A stretch of DNA of 54,322 nucleotides. Origin: an uncultured Draconibacterium sp. (GTDB taxonomy: Bacteria > Bacteroidota > Bacteroidia > Bacteroidales > FEN-979). Under the pieces are notes generated by a model. That model was not told the DNA's origin. It worked only from the letters and a program-made list of their open reading frames with translations, and searched no databases. Positions 1 through 10,174 of the stretch are shown one piece after another. The translations under genes and the position numbers were made by a program. The stretch is from contig CAZVNF010000003.1 of the NCBI GenBank assembly GCA_964628215.1, forward strand, positions 1 to 54,322, in the 5' to 3' direction. Numbering within the stretch: position 1 is the first letter of the stretch; every line of letters starts with the position of its first letter.

Positions 1-159
1 AATGGCCTTATATTTCATGGTGCAAAATTACAACTTTATGTCGAAAAATCATAATATTAACAGCTACTAACGGTTATCAATGTGAAAAAGTATTTGTTTT
101 TTGGTACTTTTGCAGTCTGGGAAAATAACATTATTTGTAAAACTTAATTCATTAGAAAC

Positions 160-1413
160 GTGGATATTTTCGAAAAAGTTGCCGGTAACATGGGGCCTCT
201 CGGCCAGTATGCTGATGCAGGTTATGGTTATTTCTCTTTTCCTAAACTGGAGGGAGATATTTCAAATCGTATGTATTTCAGAGGGAAGCCTGTTTTGGTG
301 TGGAGTCTTAACAACTATCTTGGCCTTGCAAACCATCCTGAAGTCAGAAAAGCTGATGCCGACGCATCGGAGCAGTTTGGACTGGCTGCACCTATGGGGG
401 CCCGGATGATGTCGGGTCAAACCGATTATCATCAGCAACTGGAGCGTGAGCTTGCAGCTTTCGAAAATAAAGAGGCGGCATATCTTTTGAATTTTGGTTA
501 CATGGGGATGGTTTCCATTATTGACTCCATGCTCGATCGCCACGATGTGGTTGTTTATGATTCTGAATCACATGCCTGTATTCTTGATGGCCTTCGCATG
601 CATCTTGGAAAACGATTTGTATTTCCCCACAATGACCTTGAAAAATTCGAAAGCCAGATCAAGCATGCGAGAAAAGTGGCTGACGCTTCGGGAGGCGGAA
701 TTCTCGTGATCACAGAGGGTGTATTTGGCATGCCAGGTGACCTTGGCAACCTGAGTGGAATTTTGCAATTCAAGGAGAAATATGGTTTCCGTCTGCTGGT
801 TGATGATGCCCATGGATTTGGCACAATGGGAAGTACGGGAGCAGGCACCAGCCAGGTGCAAAATGTAATGGATGGTGTAGACGTGTATTTTGGAACATTC
901 GCCAAGGCAATGGCGGGTATCGGTGCATTTGTTGCCAGTGAAAAACGGATCATCAAGGCGCTGACTTATAATATGCGTTCGCAGATTTACGCAAAATCGC
1001 TTCCGCTTCCCATGGTGGTTGGCTCGTTGAAACGCCTCGACATGATCAGAACACACCCTGAATTGCGCGAAAAATTATGGACCATTGTGAATGCGCTGCA
1101 ATCAGGTTTACGTGAACAGGGCTTTGATATCGGAAAAACTCAATCGCCGGTCACCCCGGTATTTTTAAAAGGAGGAGTTCTCGAAGCTTCCCTGGTTATT
1201 TCTGATCTGCGTGAAAATTTTGGGATCTTCTGTTCCGGAGTTATTTATCCCGTTGTGCCAAAAGGAGTAATTATGCTGCGGCTCATTCCAACAGCCGCTC
1301 ATACACTTGAGGATGTTCGGATCACCATTGAAGCCTTTGCCCAGGTTCGTAAGAATCTTGATGATGGTAAATATGCATCAGGAACATTTCCGGCTCTTGC
1401 CGATAAATTTTAA
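160..1413 (+). CDS. alpha-oxoamine synthase family PLP-dependent acyltransferase (serine palmitoyltransferase / 2-amino-3-ketobutyrate CoA ligase / BioF-like; substrate not resolvable)
   Basis: 417-aa ORF from a GTG start. Class-II aminotransferase-fold hallmarks are visible: SLNNYLGLANHPEV, LLVDDAHGFG and GTFAKAMAG (Schiff-base Lys). The N-terminal extension resembles Bacteroides-type SPT as I recall it. Confidence 0.8.
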   Translation: MDIFEKVAGNMGPLGQYADAGYGYFSFPKLEGDISNRMYFRGKPVLVWSLNNYLGLANHPEVRKADADASEQFGLAAPMGARMMSGQTDYHQQLERELAAFENKEAAYLLNFGYMGMVSIIDSMLDRHDVVVYDSESHACILDGLRMHLGKRFVFPHNDLEKFESQIKHARKVADASGGGILVITEGVFGMPGDLGNLSGILQFKEKYGFRLLVDDAHGFGTMGSTGAGTSQVQNVMDGVDVYFGTFAKAMAGIGAFVASEKRIIKALTYNMRSQIYAKSLPLPMVVGSLKRLDMIRTHPELREKLWTIVNALQSGLREQGFDIGKTQSPVTPVFLKGGVLEASLVISDLRENFGIFCSGVIYPVVPKGVIMLRLIPTAAHTLEDVRITIEAFAQVRKNLDDGKYASGTFPALADKF

Positions 1414-1415
1414 GA

Positions 1416-2345
1416 ATGCAGATACCGAATCGTTCTTCAGGAAACAGGTTTTATTCAGCTTACAGAAAAATCCGCTTTCTTGCGAAAACAGGTTCACTTT
1501 TCTCATTATCGAAATCATCACCTGCCGGGAAATCTGCGATCCCAAAGGGAATATACAGGACTATTACTTTTAATTCCCTCCTTCTCTTCCTGGTCGGGTA
1601 TGTCATTATTTATGTCCTGAACCTGTTCATTACAGGTTATGCTGCAATAGCTTTTAATATCCCGGTTATTGTTTACTATTATGATATCGATTACCTGATC
1701 AGGGGAATTGACTGGACGCCGGATTCAGTTTCCGGCGTTTTCAGCAGTGGCCCATTGGCAATGTTTGTTCTATCCTTGTTCCTTTTGATCCTTTATAAAT
1801 CGGTTGAAACGGAGACCGGCAATATGAGGTTGCTCCTGTTATGGATTATCTTCCATGCACTCACCCGATTTTTTGGCGAAATCCTGGTCGGTGCAAGTCT
1901 GAATAAAGGTTTTGGTTTCGTGATCCTTTACATGTTTGTCATGGACACAGGAAAGGTTATTTTAACCATCCTGGGGTTTGTAGCCATGTTCACAGTCGGG
2001 CTCTTTATGGCACGATTATCATTGTATTCTGCAAATATTTATTTTAACGATTTGCGTAAGATTAATCGTAATAAATTCATTTTCAGCCAGTTTTTGCTTC
2101 CGTTTATCCTGGGTATTACGGTGATATTCCTTCTTAAAATACCTGAAATCAACTATTTTGATATTGCATTGAATGCTTCCATGATTTTATTTCTTATCCC
2201 CATATTCATGCGGGGGATGTCAATTGAGGATCTCTATTTTGATGAAGACCCGAGGACAATTAAAATTAAACCGGTATTGCCAATAATAGCGGTTTTGCTG
2301 CTTTTACTGTTCAGAATTATTTTAGGAATCGGAGTGAGATTATAA
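1416..2345 (+). CDS. polytopic membrane protein, function unknown
   Basis: 309-aa ORF whose ATG lies 3 nt after the upstream stop. A basic N-terminal ~50 aa is followed by several hydrophobic helices (LLLFLVGYVIIYVLNLF, LAMFVLSLFLLILY, LLLLWIIFHAL, IIAVLLLLLFRIILGI). No catalytic motif recognised. Confidence 0.6.
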   Translation: MQIPNRSSGNRFYSAYRKIRFLAKTGSLFSLSKSSPAGKSAIPKGIYRTITFNSLLLFLVGYVIIYVLNLFITGYAAIAFNIPVIVYYYDIDYLIRGIDWTPDSVSGVFSSGPLAMFVLSLFLLILYKSVETETGNMRLLLLWIIFHALTRFFGEILVGASLNKGFGFVILYMFVMDTGKVILTILGFVAMFTVGLFMARLSLYSANIYFNDLRKINRNKFIFSQFLLPFILGITVIFLLKIPEINYFDIALNASMILFLIPIFMRGMSIEDLYFDEDPRTIKIKPVLPIIAVLLLLLFRIILGIGVRL

Positions 2346-2353
2346 GAAAAAGT

Positions 2354-4087
2354 CTATTTTTTGATGATGAGCTTGTCAAGGTATATCTGATATCCGGAAT
2401 TAAACTTGAGATAATAGAGCCCATTCGAGAGCTGGGAAACATCAATTTCCACCGTTGAATTCCCCGAATACCTGGCTACTTCTGCTGAATAGATGATTGA
2501 TCCCATGGTGTTGATAACCTGAAAAGAGCATGATGGATTTATGGGGTTTTCAGGAAGAATCAGCCGGAAATGCCCGTCTGACGGGTTAGGGTAAACAAGA
2601 ACAGAGCGAACGCTTTTATCCTGGGCATCATAAGTCAGAGGTCTGAGTTGAACATCGAGGTTGCTTGTGGCCCACTTTGACACATTGACATTTTTTATGG
2701 TCTTGGTATAATACCCTGGTGCCGTAAATGTCACATTATAACTGCCTTCATTTATCGGACGGGTATAAAAACCAGTCGTACCGCGGGAATAAACCTCGGA
2801 ATTATCTTTATCATGGCCACTGATAAATACTTTAGCGCTCACAGGTTCATCGGTAACCGTATCTGTAACAATTCCGCTAAACCCATACCGTGACTGCCTT
2901 ATATAATTCAGAAATGAAGGATAGTTATATTCCCAGAAAGGAAGTAATTGACTAGTAGGCAATAATTTAACATTAGATATTTCAAGTGTTACTTCACGAC
3001 AATTATGCCAATAATTCATATAATCCTGACGTCCTCCATTTAACTCATACCAGGCATAGCCGTTTGTAACCCCATTGTCGAGATCAGTAAAATAGCCTGC
3101 AGGTGCATTTACATGCACCGTGTCTGCCCATTCACGGCCGACAAATTGCCACCACTCATCGTCTGCAGGTAACCTCGACCATGTATCCCAGGGATAATTG
3201 AAAACCTCGGCACCTCCATGGAAATTTGCAGACATTGTAAAATGGTTGTTGTCGGCATATGACATAAAAGCCACAGTTTCAGTCTGCCATGCATTTCCAT
3301 CCGGATGCTGACCCAATTTGGGATCAGGGTAATTCCTGTTCAGATCCACGCCGTTAGCATTATAACGAGTAGCCCCATACACCGAATTGTTACCGCCATG
3401 GTAGGTTCCATCGGGGTTGCTGAGCGGGTTGATGCAAATTTCAGTAGTATTAACAATTTCCGTAATTTCAGGAGCAATTCCGTAATTAGAAAGCAGGTAA
3501 TCAATCAGGTGTAACATTAAAATGTAACCGGTTGTTTCATCTCCGTGAATCGAAGAAGTATAGAGAAACTGAGGTTCAGCCTCCTCCTGTTGCACATTCT
3601 TACTGATTTTTATTGCCAATAACAGACGGCCCTGTACCGAAATTCCCACGGTATCCAGTTTACAGATATTGGGGTAAGCAGCGGCAAAACCTGTCATGTA
3701 ACTGACATATTGATCATACGTCGGATAAAAATTCCAGATAGTCCGGTCCCTGGGCAGACTCCCCTGCTGCTCATGATATAACTCGGATTCTCTGATTAAC
3801 TTACCTGGATGAGGCAGAATCCGGTATTTAAGCTGATAATTCAGAAAATCAGAGAATTCTTTTTTATTGGCATAGGCATGAACTATTTTGCCAGTTACAT
3901 GATCAATGGAAATTAATCGGGTAAGTTCATGAAGTTCGTCTTTGCCGGAAATTTTAAATTTAAAATACACCTCACTCTGTTCATTGAACAATGAGTCAAG
4001 CAATTGATCCTGATAATCCTGAGAATTAACTGATTGAGCTATTCCAACCAGGAGAAGGAGAAGCAATGCGGGTATTTTTCTTTTCAT
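2354..4087 (-). CDS. M14 family zinc carboxypeptidase with T9SS C-terminal sorting domain
   Basis: 577-aa ORF with signal peptide MKRKIPALLLLLLVGIAQSVNS. M14 motifs HGDETTG (HxxE), NRNYP and FHGG are present. The C-terminal ~80 aa (VLVYPNPSDGHFRL...LSNGLYYLKF...IIKK) looks like a type-A T9SS sorting domain. Confidence 0.85.
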   Translation of the reverse strand: MKRKIPALLLLLLVGIAQSVNSQDYQDQLLDSLFNEQSEVYFKFKISGKDELHELTRLISIDHVTGKIVHAYANKKEFSDFLNYQLKYRILPHPGKLIRESELYHEQQGSLPRDRTIWNFYPTYDQYVSYMTGFAAAYPNICKLDTVGISVQGRLLLAIKISKNVQQEEAEPQFLYTSSIHGDETTGYILMLHLIDYLLSNYGIAPEITEIVNTTEICINPLSNPDGTYHGGNNSVYGATRYNANGVDLNRNYPDPKLGQHPDGNAWQTETVAFMSYADNNHFTMSANFHGGAEVFNYPWDTWSRLPADDEWWQFVGREWADTVHVNAPAGYFTDLDNGVTNGYAWYELNGGRQDYMNYWHNCREVTLEISNVKLLPTSQLLPFWEYNYPSFLNYIRQSRYGFSGIVTDTVTDEPVSAKVFISGHDKDNSEVYSRGTTGFYTRPINEGSYNVTFTAPGYYTKTIKNVNVSKWATSNLDVQLRPLTYDAQDKSVRSVLVYPNPSDGHFRLILPENPINPSCSFQVINTMGSIIYSAEVARYSGNSTVEIDVSQLSNGLYYLKFNSGYQIYLDKLIIKK

Positions 4088-4088
4088 G

Positions 4089-4982
4089 CTATTTTTCGAG
4101 TTGTCCTATACGGGTTTGAATGAGATTATAAGCTTCCTGGCTTACCGGGACTAATGGAAGCCGAAGGAACTGATGACATAAATTCATAATTTCCAGGGCA
4201 GCTTTTATTCCGGACGGGCTACCTTCGGAAAACAGGGAATTAGTAAAGTCAATCAACTGATAATGTATTGTTCTGGCCGATTTTACATCGCCTTCCAGTG
4301 CAAGTTTTACCATGTTCGAAAACATTGCCGGGTAAGCATTGGCAGTTACTGAAATGACTCCATCCGCTCCGGCGGCAATTAAAGGCAGCGTAATGCCATC
4401 ATCGCCCGAAATCACAAGGAAATCTTTTGGCCTGTTTTTGATAACCTGGAAAATCTGATCAAAATTGCCAGATGCCTCCTTAATACCTACGATATTCGGG
4501 CAGTCATTTGCCAGTTTGATCGTGGTAGAGGCACTGATATTGCTGCCAGTCCTTCCGGGAACTGTGTAAAGTATCACGGGAACAGGACTTGCCTCGGCAA
4601 TTAGTTTAAAATGCTGGTAAATGCCATCCTGCTGCGGTTTTGAATAATACGGGCATACGGAAAGGATAGCGTCAACTCCTTTAAAAGGGGTGCCATGTAT
4701 TGCAAGTACTACATCTGAAGTGCTGTTTCCGCCAATGCCCACGACCAAGGGTACCCTTTTGTTGATAACCCTGACCGAGAATTCAACCAGGGCTTTTTTC
4801 TCCAGTTTGGAAATTGTTGGCGATTCGCCGGTAGTTCCGAGAACGACTATGTAATTAACTCCTCCAAGGATCACATGGTTAACAATATTTTCAAAAGATT
4901 CAAAATCAATAGCTCCCGATTTCTTAAAAGGAGTTACAATGGCAACTCCAGTACCCTTGAATTTATGATATCCTTTTCGCAT
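4089..4982 (-). CDS. dapA: 4-hydroxy-tetrahydrodipicolinate synthase
   Basis: 297-aa ORF with the GTGVAIVTPF N-terminus, GTTGES, CPYYSKP and IVGIKEASG (active-site Lys region) typical of DapA. Confidence 0.9.
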   Translation of the reverse strand: MRKGYHKFKGTGVAIVTPFKKSGAIDFESFENIVNHVILGGVNYIVVLGTTGESPTISKLEKKALVEFSVRVINKRVPLVVGIGGNSTSDVVLAIHGTPFKGVDAILSVCPYYSKPQQDGIYQHFKLIAEASPVPVILYTVPGRTGSNISASTTIKLANDCPNIVGIKEASGNFDQIFQVIKNRPKDFLVISGDDGITLPLIAAGADGVISVTANAYPAMFSNMVKLALEGDVKSARTIHYQLIDFTNSLFSEGSPSGIKAALEIMNLCHQFLRLPLVPVSQEAYNLIQTRIGQLEK

Positions 4983-5520
4983 TCGTTTTAATTACAGTAA
5001 GATAATGTTGAATTTGCCCTAAATACTCTTCAGATGTCATAGATGGCTTGAGGTCGATCATCAGGTCATAATACTCCGTGTTCTTTTCAGAAAATTTCCC
5101 TACGCGACATAATGCCTTGGAGAGTCCTGAAATGTATTTTAACGGGAAATTGTCATGCAGGCTCAGATCGATCAACAGATCGAACTCTTTTTCAATAAAG
5201 TCTCTTACCTGCGTATGAATGGGTTTATAAAACCAGGTAAGGTCCCGGTTAGAAAAGAAATCATACGATAACTTTGGCAGGAATCGCTGAATTAAATTTT
5301 TATTCTTGACAAATCCCAATGCTTTTACCTCTTTATGATCTCCTTGTAATTTTGAAACAAATTCAGAAACTCTCTCATAATCAGGAACATCATCCAATGT
5401 ATACAAAATTCCAATCCGTTTCGCATCCTTCAAATTGGTCATCTGACTATGACGTTCAGTTTGCGATTGCTCCTTCTTATAATAATACTGGCCGACTTTA
5501 ATTCTAAGTTTACCAAACAT
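4963..5520 (-). CDS. conserved hypothetical protein
   Basis: 185-aa ORF that overlaps the dapA start by 20 nt, suggesting translational coupling. No recognisable motif. Confidence 0.6.
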   Translation of the reverse strand: MFGKLRIKVGQYYYKKEQSQTERHSQMTNLKDAKRIGILYTLDDVPDYERVSEFVSKLQGDHKEVKALGFVKNKNLIQRFLPKLSYDFFSNRDLTWFYKPIHTQVRDFIEKEFDLLIDLSLHDNFPLKYISGLSKALCRVGKFSEKNTEYYDLMIDLKPSMTSEEYLGQIQHYLTVIKTNAKRIS

Positions 5521-5653
5521 AATTTTCAGTTAGTTATTCATTCAGACTGATTTGCAAAGTTAGGAAATCTACCCGAACCATACAAAAGTCAACACAATTT
5601 ACAACAAACGCATGGTTTATCAACAAAGTATTCTTGAAATTGTTAATAAAATA

Positions 5654-5661
5654 TAATTTTG
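5654..5661 (+). promoter_or_regulatory. candidate Bacteroidota -7 promoter element (TAatTTTG)
   Basis: Exact match to the TAnnTTTG -7 consensus, 22 nt upstream of the ATG at 5684, in a divergent intergenic region. Confidence 0.35.
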
Positions 5662-5683
5662 CACTCTACTTGGAATAAGATAA

Positions 5684-6451
5684 ATGAAAATCACCTTTCT
5701 CGGTACCGGAACTTCCCAGGGGGTACCGGTCATTGCCTGCGATTGTGAAGTTTGCTCTTCCGGCGACTTTCATGATAAACGGTTACGTACTTCCATCTCC
5801 GTTGAAAAAGACGGCTGGCGGTTCATAATTGATTGTGGTCCTGATTTCAGGCAGCAAATGTTGCGGGAGAATATCCGCTCTATTGATGCAATCCTGGTAA
5901 CACACGGCCATAAAGATCATCTGGGTGGTTTAGACGATGTGCGTGCATTTAACTACATTAACAGGAGCCCGGCGCAGGTTTATGCCTCACCAAAAGTACA
6001 GCGTATCATAAAAATGGAATTTTCTTATGCTTTCGAAAAGAATCCATATCCCGGAGTGCCAGAAATTGTGTTGAACACTTTGACTAACAAGCCATTTGAG
6101 ATCAACGGGCAGAAAATCATTCCGATTAAAGCCTTACACTATAAACCGGATAAATATGTATTTGGTTTTCGTATTGACGACTTTACTTATATCACTGATG
6201 CCATTAATATTTCTGAAAAGGAAAAAAGGAAGATCCGCGGATCCAGGATTATTGTTTTAAATGCACTGAGAAAACAAAAGCACTATTCTCACTTTAATCT
6301 TGCCGAAGCTCTTGCACTCATGGAAGAATTTCAACCGGAACAAGGCTATCTCACTCATGTAAGCCACCAGATGGGAAAATATTCAGAAGTTAACCCTGAG
6401 CTGCCTCAAAATGTCAAATTGGCATATGATGGTCTTACGTTGACTTTTTAA
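5684..6451 (+). CDS. MBL-fold metallo-hydrolase (PhnP/GPA-like)
   Basis: 255-aa ORF with the HxHxDH motif (THGHKDHLGG) and an N-terminal Cys cluster (CDCEVCSS) as seen in PhnP-like beta-lactamase-fold enzymes. Confidence 0.8.
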   Translation: MKITFLGTGTSQGVPVIACDCEVCSSGDFHDKRLRTSISVEKDGWRFIIDCGPDFRQQMLRENIRSIDAILVTHGHKDHLGGLDDVRAFNYINRSPAQVYASPKVQRIIKMEFSYAFEKNPYPGVPEIVLNTLTNKPFEINGQKIIPIKALHYKPDKYVFGFRIDDFTYITDAINISEKEKRKIRGSRIIVLNALRKQKHYSHFNLAEALALMEEFQPEQGYLTHVSHQMGKYSEVNPELPQNVKLAYDGLTLTF

Positions 6452-8063
6452 CATATTTCAGAGTCAACAGGTTCATGGGATTGCTTCCCAGGCCCCGTAT
6501 GTTTTTTCCTACAAACCTGAGTACCTGGTCATAATACAGGATTACAACGGGTGCCTCCTCCATCATGATTTTCTCCATTTCACGGTAATAAGTGTATCTC
6601 AATGAGTCATTGACTGTTGCCATCGCCTGATCATATAGCCTGTCAAAATCAGAATTGGAAAAACGGGTATAATTGGGACCTTTAGGGCAAAAGTTCTTTG
6701 AATAAAACATGGAAAGGTAATTCTCTGCATCAGGATAATCAGCGATCCAGGAAGCACGGAAAAATGGCAGTTTTGCTTCTGACTTCATCTCTTTAACGGC
6801 TGCGGGCGGACTCACCTCAATTTTAAGTTCAATTCCGATTGATGCAACCTGGTGCTGAATATATTTGCAGATATCAAGGTAATCTGCAGTGGATGTAAGC
6901 GTAATGGCAGGAAGCCCTGTCCCCCCGGGATAACCGGCAGATGCCAGTAATTCGCTGGCCTTTTCAGGATTATAATCGAAAAAAATCCGGCTCGAATCGA
7001 ATGAAGGCAGCCCTTTGGGTGTGATTCCCTGGCATCCGGGTATTCCGATGTTATTTCGTAAGTACCTGATCATTTTTTTCCGGTCGAACGCCATATTTAT
7101 TGCCTTCCTGACTTCTTTCGGCGGGGTGATTCCCCCGGGGTTCACATTATTCCGGTCAACCATGAATCCAAGGTACTCAGTGTTGAGGTATGGTTGGGTA
7201 AGCAGGTTTACCCTGTCCTGGTACTTAGGCTGCAACTTCCCTTCCTTGGTCAGTAATTCATCCTTATACGTGGGATCAATCCCCGACATCATATCAAGAT
7301 TTCCTTTGATAAATTCCAGAAATGCAGATTGTTTGTCAGGTACGAATGTAATGGCAACCGCATCGAGATACGGGAGCCGGAGCCCGTTTTCAGTTTCAAA
7401 ATAAGCAGGATTTTTCAACAGAACCAATTTGACACCCTCCTGCCACATTTTAAACCGGAAAGGGCCTGTTCCTACCGGATTTCTGCGAAATTCACTGCCA
7501 AAGAAAGCCAGGGCCTCATGAGGAACAACCGAACAATACTGCATACTGAGTAATCTCAAAAACGGTGGGAAAGGATTTTCGAGATGAATGATCAGGGTAG
7601 AATCATTGACTGCTTCAAATGCTTCTGTTGTCTTATTCCTGCTGATATTATTGAACAACCATGCTCCCGGCGAGGCAATTTCAGGGTCGATAATCCTTTT
7701 AAACGAAAAGATAAAATCGCTGGCAACAACCTGACGGCCTTTTCCAGACGCAAAGGCAGGGCTGTCATGAAAAAAAACATCTTTCCGGAGATGAAACACA
7801 TAATCCAGCCCGGATTCAGAAATACTCCAGGATTTTGCGATTCCCGGTGAAATTTCCATACGGTCATTCAACTGGACCAATCCGTTGTACAATTGATTGG
7901 CAGCCCAGATAATTGTCTGGTCCCGGGCGAAGGCCGGATCGAGAGTTGAAATGTTTGCTGCTTCGTTATACCTGAAAACAGTTTTTCCTTCCTGTTGATC
8001 AAAATTTGTGCAGGAACAAACATAAGCACTAAAAAAAAGAAGCAGCAGATTCGCTTTATTCAT
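6435..8063 (-). CDS. ABC transporter substrate-binding protein, family 5 (peptide/nickel type), probable lipoprotein
   Basis: 542-aa ORF with a lipoprotein-like signal (LLLLFFSAYVCSC). The overall pattern (TLDPA..., NPxGTGPF, WIADYPDAENYL) is typical of SBP_bac_5. Its 3' end overlaps the convergent MBL gene by 17 nt. Confidence 0.75.
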   Translation of the reverse strand: MNKANLLLLFFSAYVCSCTNFDQQEGKTVFRYNEAANISTLDPAFARDQTIIWAANQLYNGLVQLNDRMEISPGIAKSWSISESGLDYVFHLRKDVFFHDSPAFASGKGRQVVASDFIFSFKRIIDPEIASPGAWLFNNISRNKTTEAFEAVNDSTLIIHLENPFPPFLRLLSMQYCSVVPHEALAFFGSEFRRNPVGTGPFRFKMWQEGVKLVLLKNPAYFETENGLRLPYLDAVAITFVPDKQSAFLEFIKGNLDMMSGIDPTYKDELLTKEGKLQPKYQDRVNLLTQPYLNTEYLGFMVDRNNVNPGGITPPKEVRKAINMAFDRKKMIRYLRNNIGIPGCQGITPKGLPSFDSSRIFFDYNPEKASELLASAGYPGGTGLPAITLTSTADYLDICKYIQHQVASIGIELKIEVSPPAAVKEMKSEAKLPFFRASWIADYPDAENYLSMFYSKNFCPKGPNYTRFSNSDFDRLYDQAMATVNDSLRYTYYREMEKIMMEEAPVVILYYDQVLRFVGKNIRGLGSNPMNLLTLKYVKKST

Positions 8064-8133
8064 AAGTCAGGCGCAAAAATATTTGTTTTTTCATTATCAG
8101 CGGTGAAAATGAGAGCCGCCAGCAAAAAAAACG

Positions 8134-8141
8134 TAATTTTG
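8134..8141 (+). promoter_or_regulatory. candidate -7 promoter element (TAatTTTG)
   Basis: Exact TAnnTTTG match 32 nt upstream of the ATG at 8173. Confidence 0.3.
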
Positions 8142-8172
8142 TCTGCCTATTCACAAATCAAACTTAATTCAG

Positions 8173-10170
8173 ATGAAACTACGATTTACCCTTTCAATGC
8201 TGCTTTGCTCACTGCTCTTCTTTTCGAATGCACAGAATGTGTCCATGATGAAGGGTTCTGCCTATTGTTCTAAGAAGAAGTCTGAATCCCCTGTTCTTAA
8301 CCGTCAGCCTATAGGTACAAGTTCAGTCCCCAACCATTCATTCGATGTGATTAAATATGCACTGGACCTTGATCTGTACAATTGTTATATAGCACCTTAC
8401 CCTAAAAGTTTTTCGGGTTCTGTAACCATCACTTTCAAGGTAGATTCTACATTGAATTCAATCAAACTCAATGCTGCGAGCTACTCCCTGATAATTGATT
8501 CGGTGCGGCTTGCCGGAGTTTCGTTCACACATTCAGCTGATTTTCTTCAGATTCAGCTCAACCGGACCTACAATGTTGGAGAAACCGCAAATGTGAAAAT
8601 TTACTACCGCCATAAGAATGTGCAGGATAACGCTTTTTATTCAAACGGAGGTTTCGTATTCACTGATTGTGAACCTGAGGGTGCCCGGAAATGGTTTCCC
8701 AACTGGGATAAGCCTTCAGATAAGGCCCTTTTTGAACTCACTGCCAAAGTGAAAGCCAATGTTAAACTGGGCTCTAACGGGAGGCTCGCAGATTCAACAC
8801 TTGTTGGAGATTTTCTTACGTATCACTGGATTTCAGATCAGAATGTTGCAACCTACCTGATGGTCATTACCTCAAAAGTCAATTACCAGCTGAACATCGG
8901 ATGGTGGCATAAACTGAGCAATCCTGCCGACAGTATTCCTTTCAGGTATTATTTCAATGCAGGTGAAAACCCCGCTCCTGTTATGGCTATCATGCCAGAC
9001 ATGACTACATGGTTTTCACAAAACTTTGTTGAGCATCCTTTTGACAAAAATGGCTTTGCCACCCTGAATTCCGACTTTGCCTGGGGTGGTATGGAAAACC
9101 AATCGCTGACAAGCCTGTGCCCGGGTTGCTGGGAAGAGAGCCTGGCAGCCCATGAATTTGCTCACCAGTGGTTTGGTGATATGATAACCTGTGCTACCTG
9201 GGCCGACATCTGGCTCAACGAAGGCTTCGGTACCTGGACGGAGGCTTTCTGGTATGAAAGTTATGCCGGTTATGCTGCGTACAAAGCAGATATCAACAAC
9301 AATGCGAGTTATTACCTGTCGAATAATCCCGGCTGGGCCATTTCAAATCCTGAATGGGCGATAAACACACCTTCCAATAATATCCTGTTTGATTATTCAA
9401 TCACTTACCTTAAAGGTTCATGCGTTCTCCATCAATTGCGCTATGTTCTGGGAGATTCTCTCTTTTTTGAGACAATGCAATCATATTGTTCCGATACCAA
9501 TTATAAATACGGTTCTGCTACCATTTCAGATTTCAATGCCAAGGTTAACGAGGTAACCGGCGCCGACTACAACTGGTTCTTTGATGAATGGATCTTCCAG
9601 CCAAACCATCCGATCTATCAAAATTTATATGATTTTGAAAACCAGGGCAATGGTCAATGGAGAGTAAATTTCCTTGCCAAGCAGGTTCAAACCAATGCAC
9701 CCTTTTTCAAAATGCCGGTTGAAGTATTGGTCAGGTTTGCTGATGCTTCCGATACCACCTTCAGGGTGATGAACGATGTAAATAACCAGCAGTTCTCCTG
9801 GACGGTCAATAAACAGCCCGTATCATTTAAATTTGACCCCGACAAGCAGATCGTTTTAAAAGGCGGCAGCACAGTGGTTGGCATTAATGAAGACCTGTCG
9901 GCAGGGGCACAGGCAAATCTTCTGCAGAATTATCCCAATCCGGCAGTTACATCCACACGGATAAGTTATGACATTAACGCCTCCATGATGGTTTCACTCG
10001 AAATCACCGACATGCTGGGCATGTTAATCATGCACCCTGTGGAAAAATACCAGCCAGCAGGCCATTATGAACTTGACATTGATTGTTCAAAACTACCGGC
10101 CGGAAATTATCTGTATAAACTATCTGCAGGCAATACAATTCAGGTAAAGAAGCTGGTAATAATCAAGTAG
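8173..10170 (+). CDS. M1 family metallopeptidase (aminopeptidase N-like) with T9SS C-terminal sorting domain
   Basis: 665-aa ORF with a signal peptide, the GGMEN exopeptidase motif (WGGMENQS) and HEFAH-x18-E (HEFAHQWFGDMITCATWADIWLNE). The C-terminus LLQNYPNPA...AGNYLYKLSAG...VIIK looks like a T9SS tail. Confidence 0.9.
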   Translation: MKLRFTLSMLLCSLLFFSNAQNVSMMKGSAYCSKKKSESPVLNRQPIGTSSVPNHSFDVIKYALDLDLYNCYIAPYPKSFSGSVTITFKVDSTLNSIKLNAASYSLIIDSVRLAGVSFTHSADFLQIQLNRTYNVGETANVKIYYRHKNVQDNAFYSNGGFVFTDCEPEGARKWFPNWDKPSDKALFELTAKVKANVKLGSNGRLADSTLVGDFLTYHWISDQNVATYLMVITSKVNYQLNIGWWHKLSNPADSIPFRYYFNAGENPAPVMAIMPDMTTWFSQNFVEHPFDKNGFATLNSDFAWGGMENQSLTSLCPGCWEESLAAHEFAHQWFGDMITCATWADIWLNEGFGTWTEAFWYESYAGYAAYKADINNNASYYLSNNPGWAISNPEWAINTPSNNILFDYSITYLKGSCVLHQLRYVLGDSLFFETMQSYCSDTNYKYGSATISDFNAKVNEVTGADYNWFFDEWIFQPNHPIYQNLYDFENQGNGQWRVNFLAKQVQTNAPFFKMPVEVLVRFADASDTTFRVMNDVNNQQFSWTVNKQPVSFKFDPDKQIVLKGGSTVVGINEDLSAGAQANLLQNYPNPAVTSTRISYDINASMMVSLEITDMLGMLIMHPVEKYQPAGHYELDIDCSKLPAGNYLYKLSAGNTIQVKKLVIIK

Positions 10171-10174
10171 CTTC

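Noticed and set aside
555-1056. 133-aa and 162-aa minus-strand ORFs inside the alpha-oxoamine synthase gene
   Set aside because: They are shadow ORFs antisense to a gene with a clear PLP-enzyme signature.
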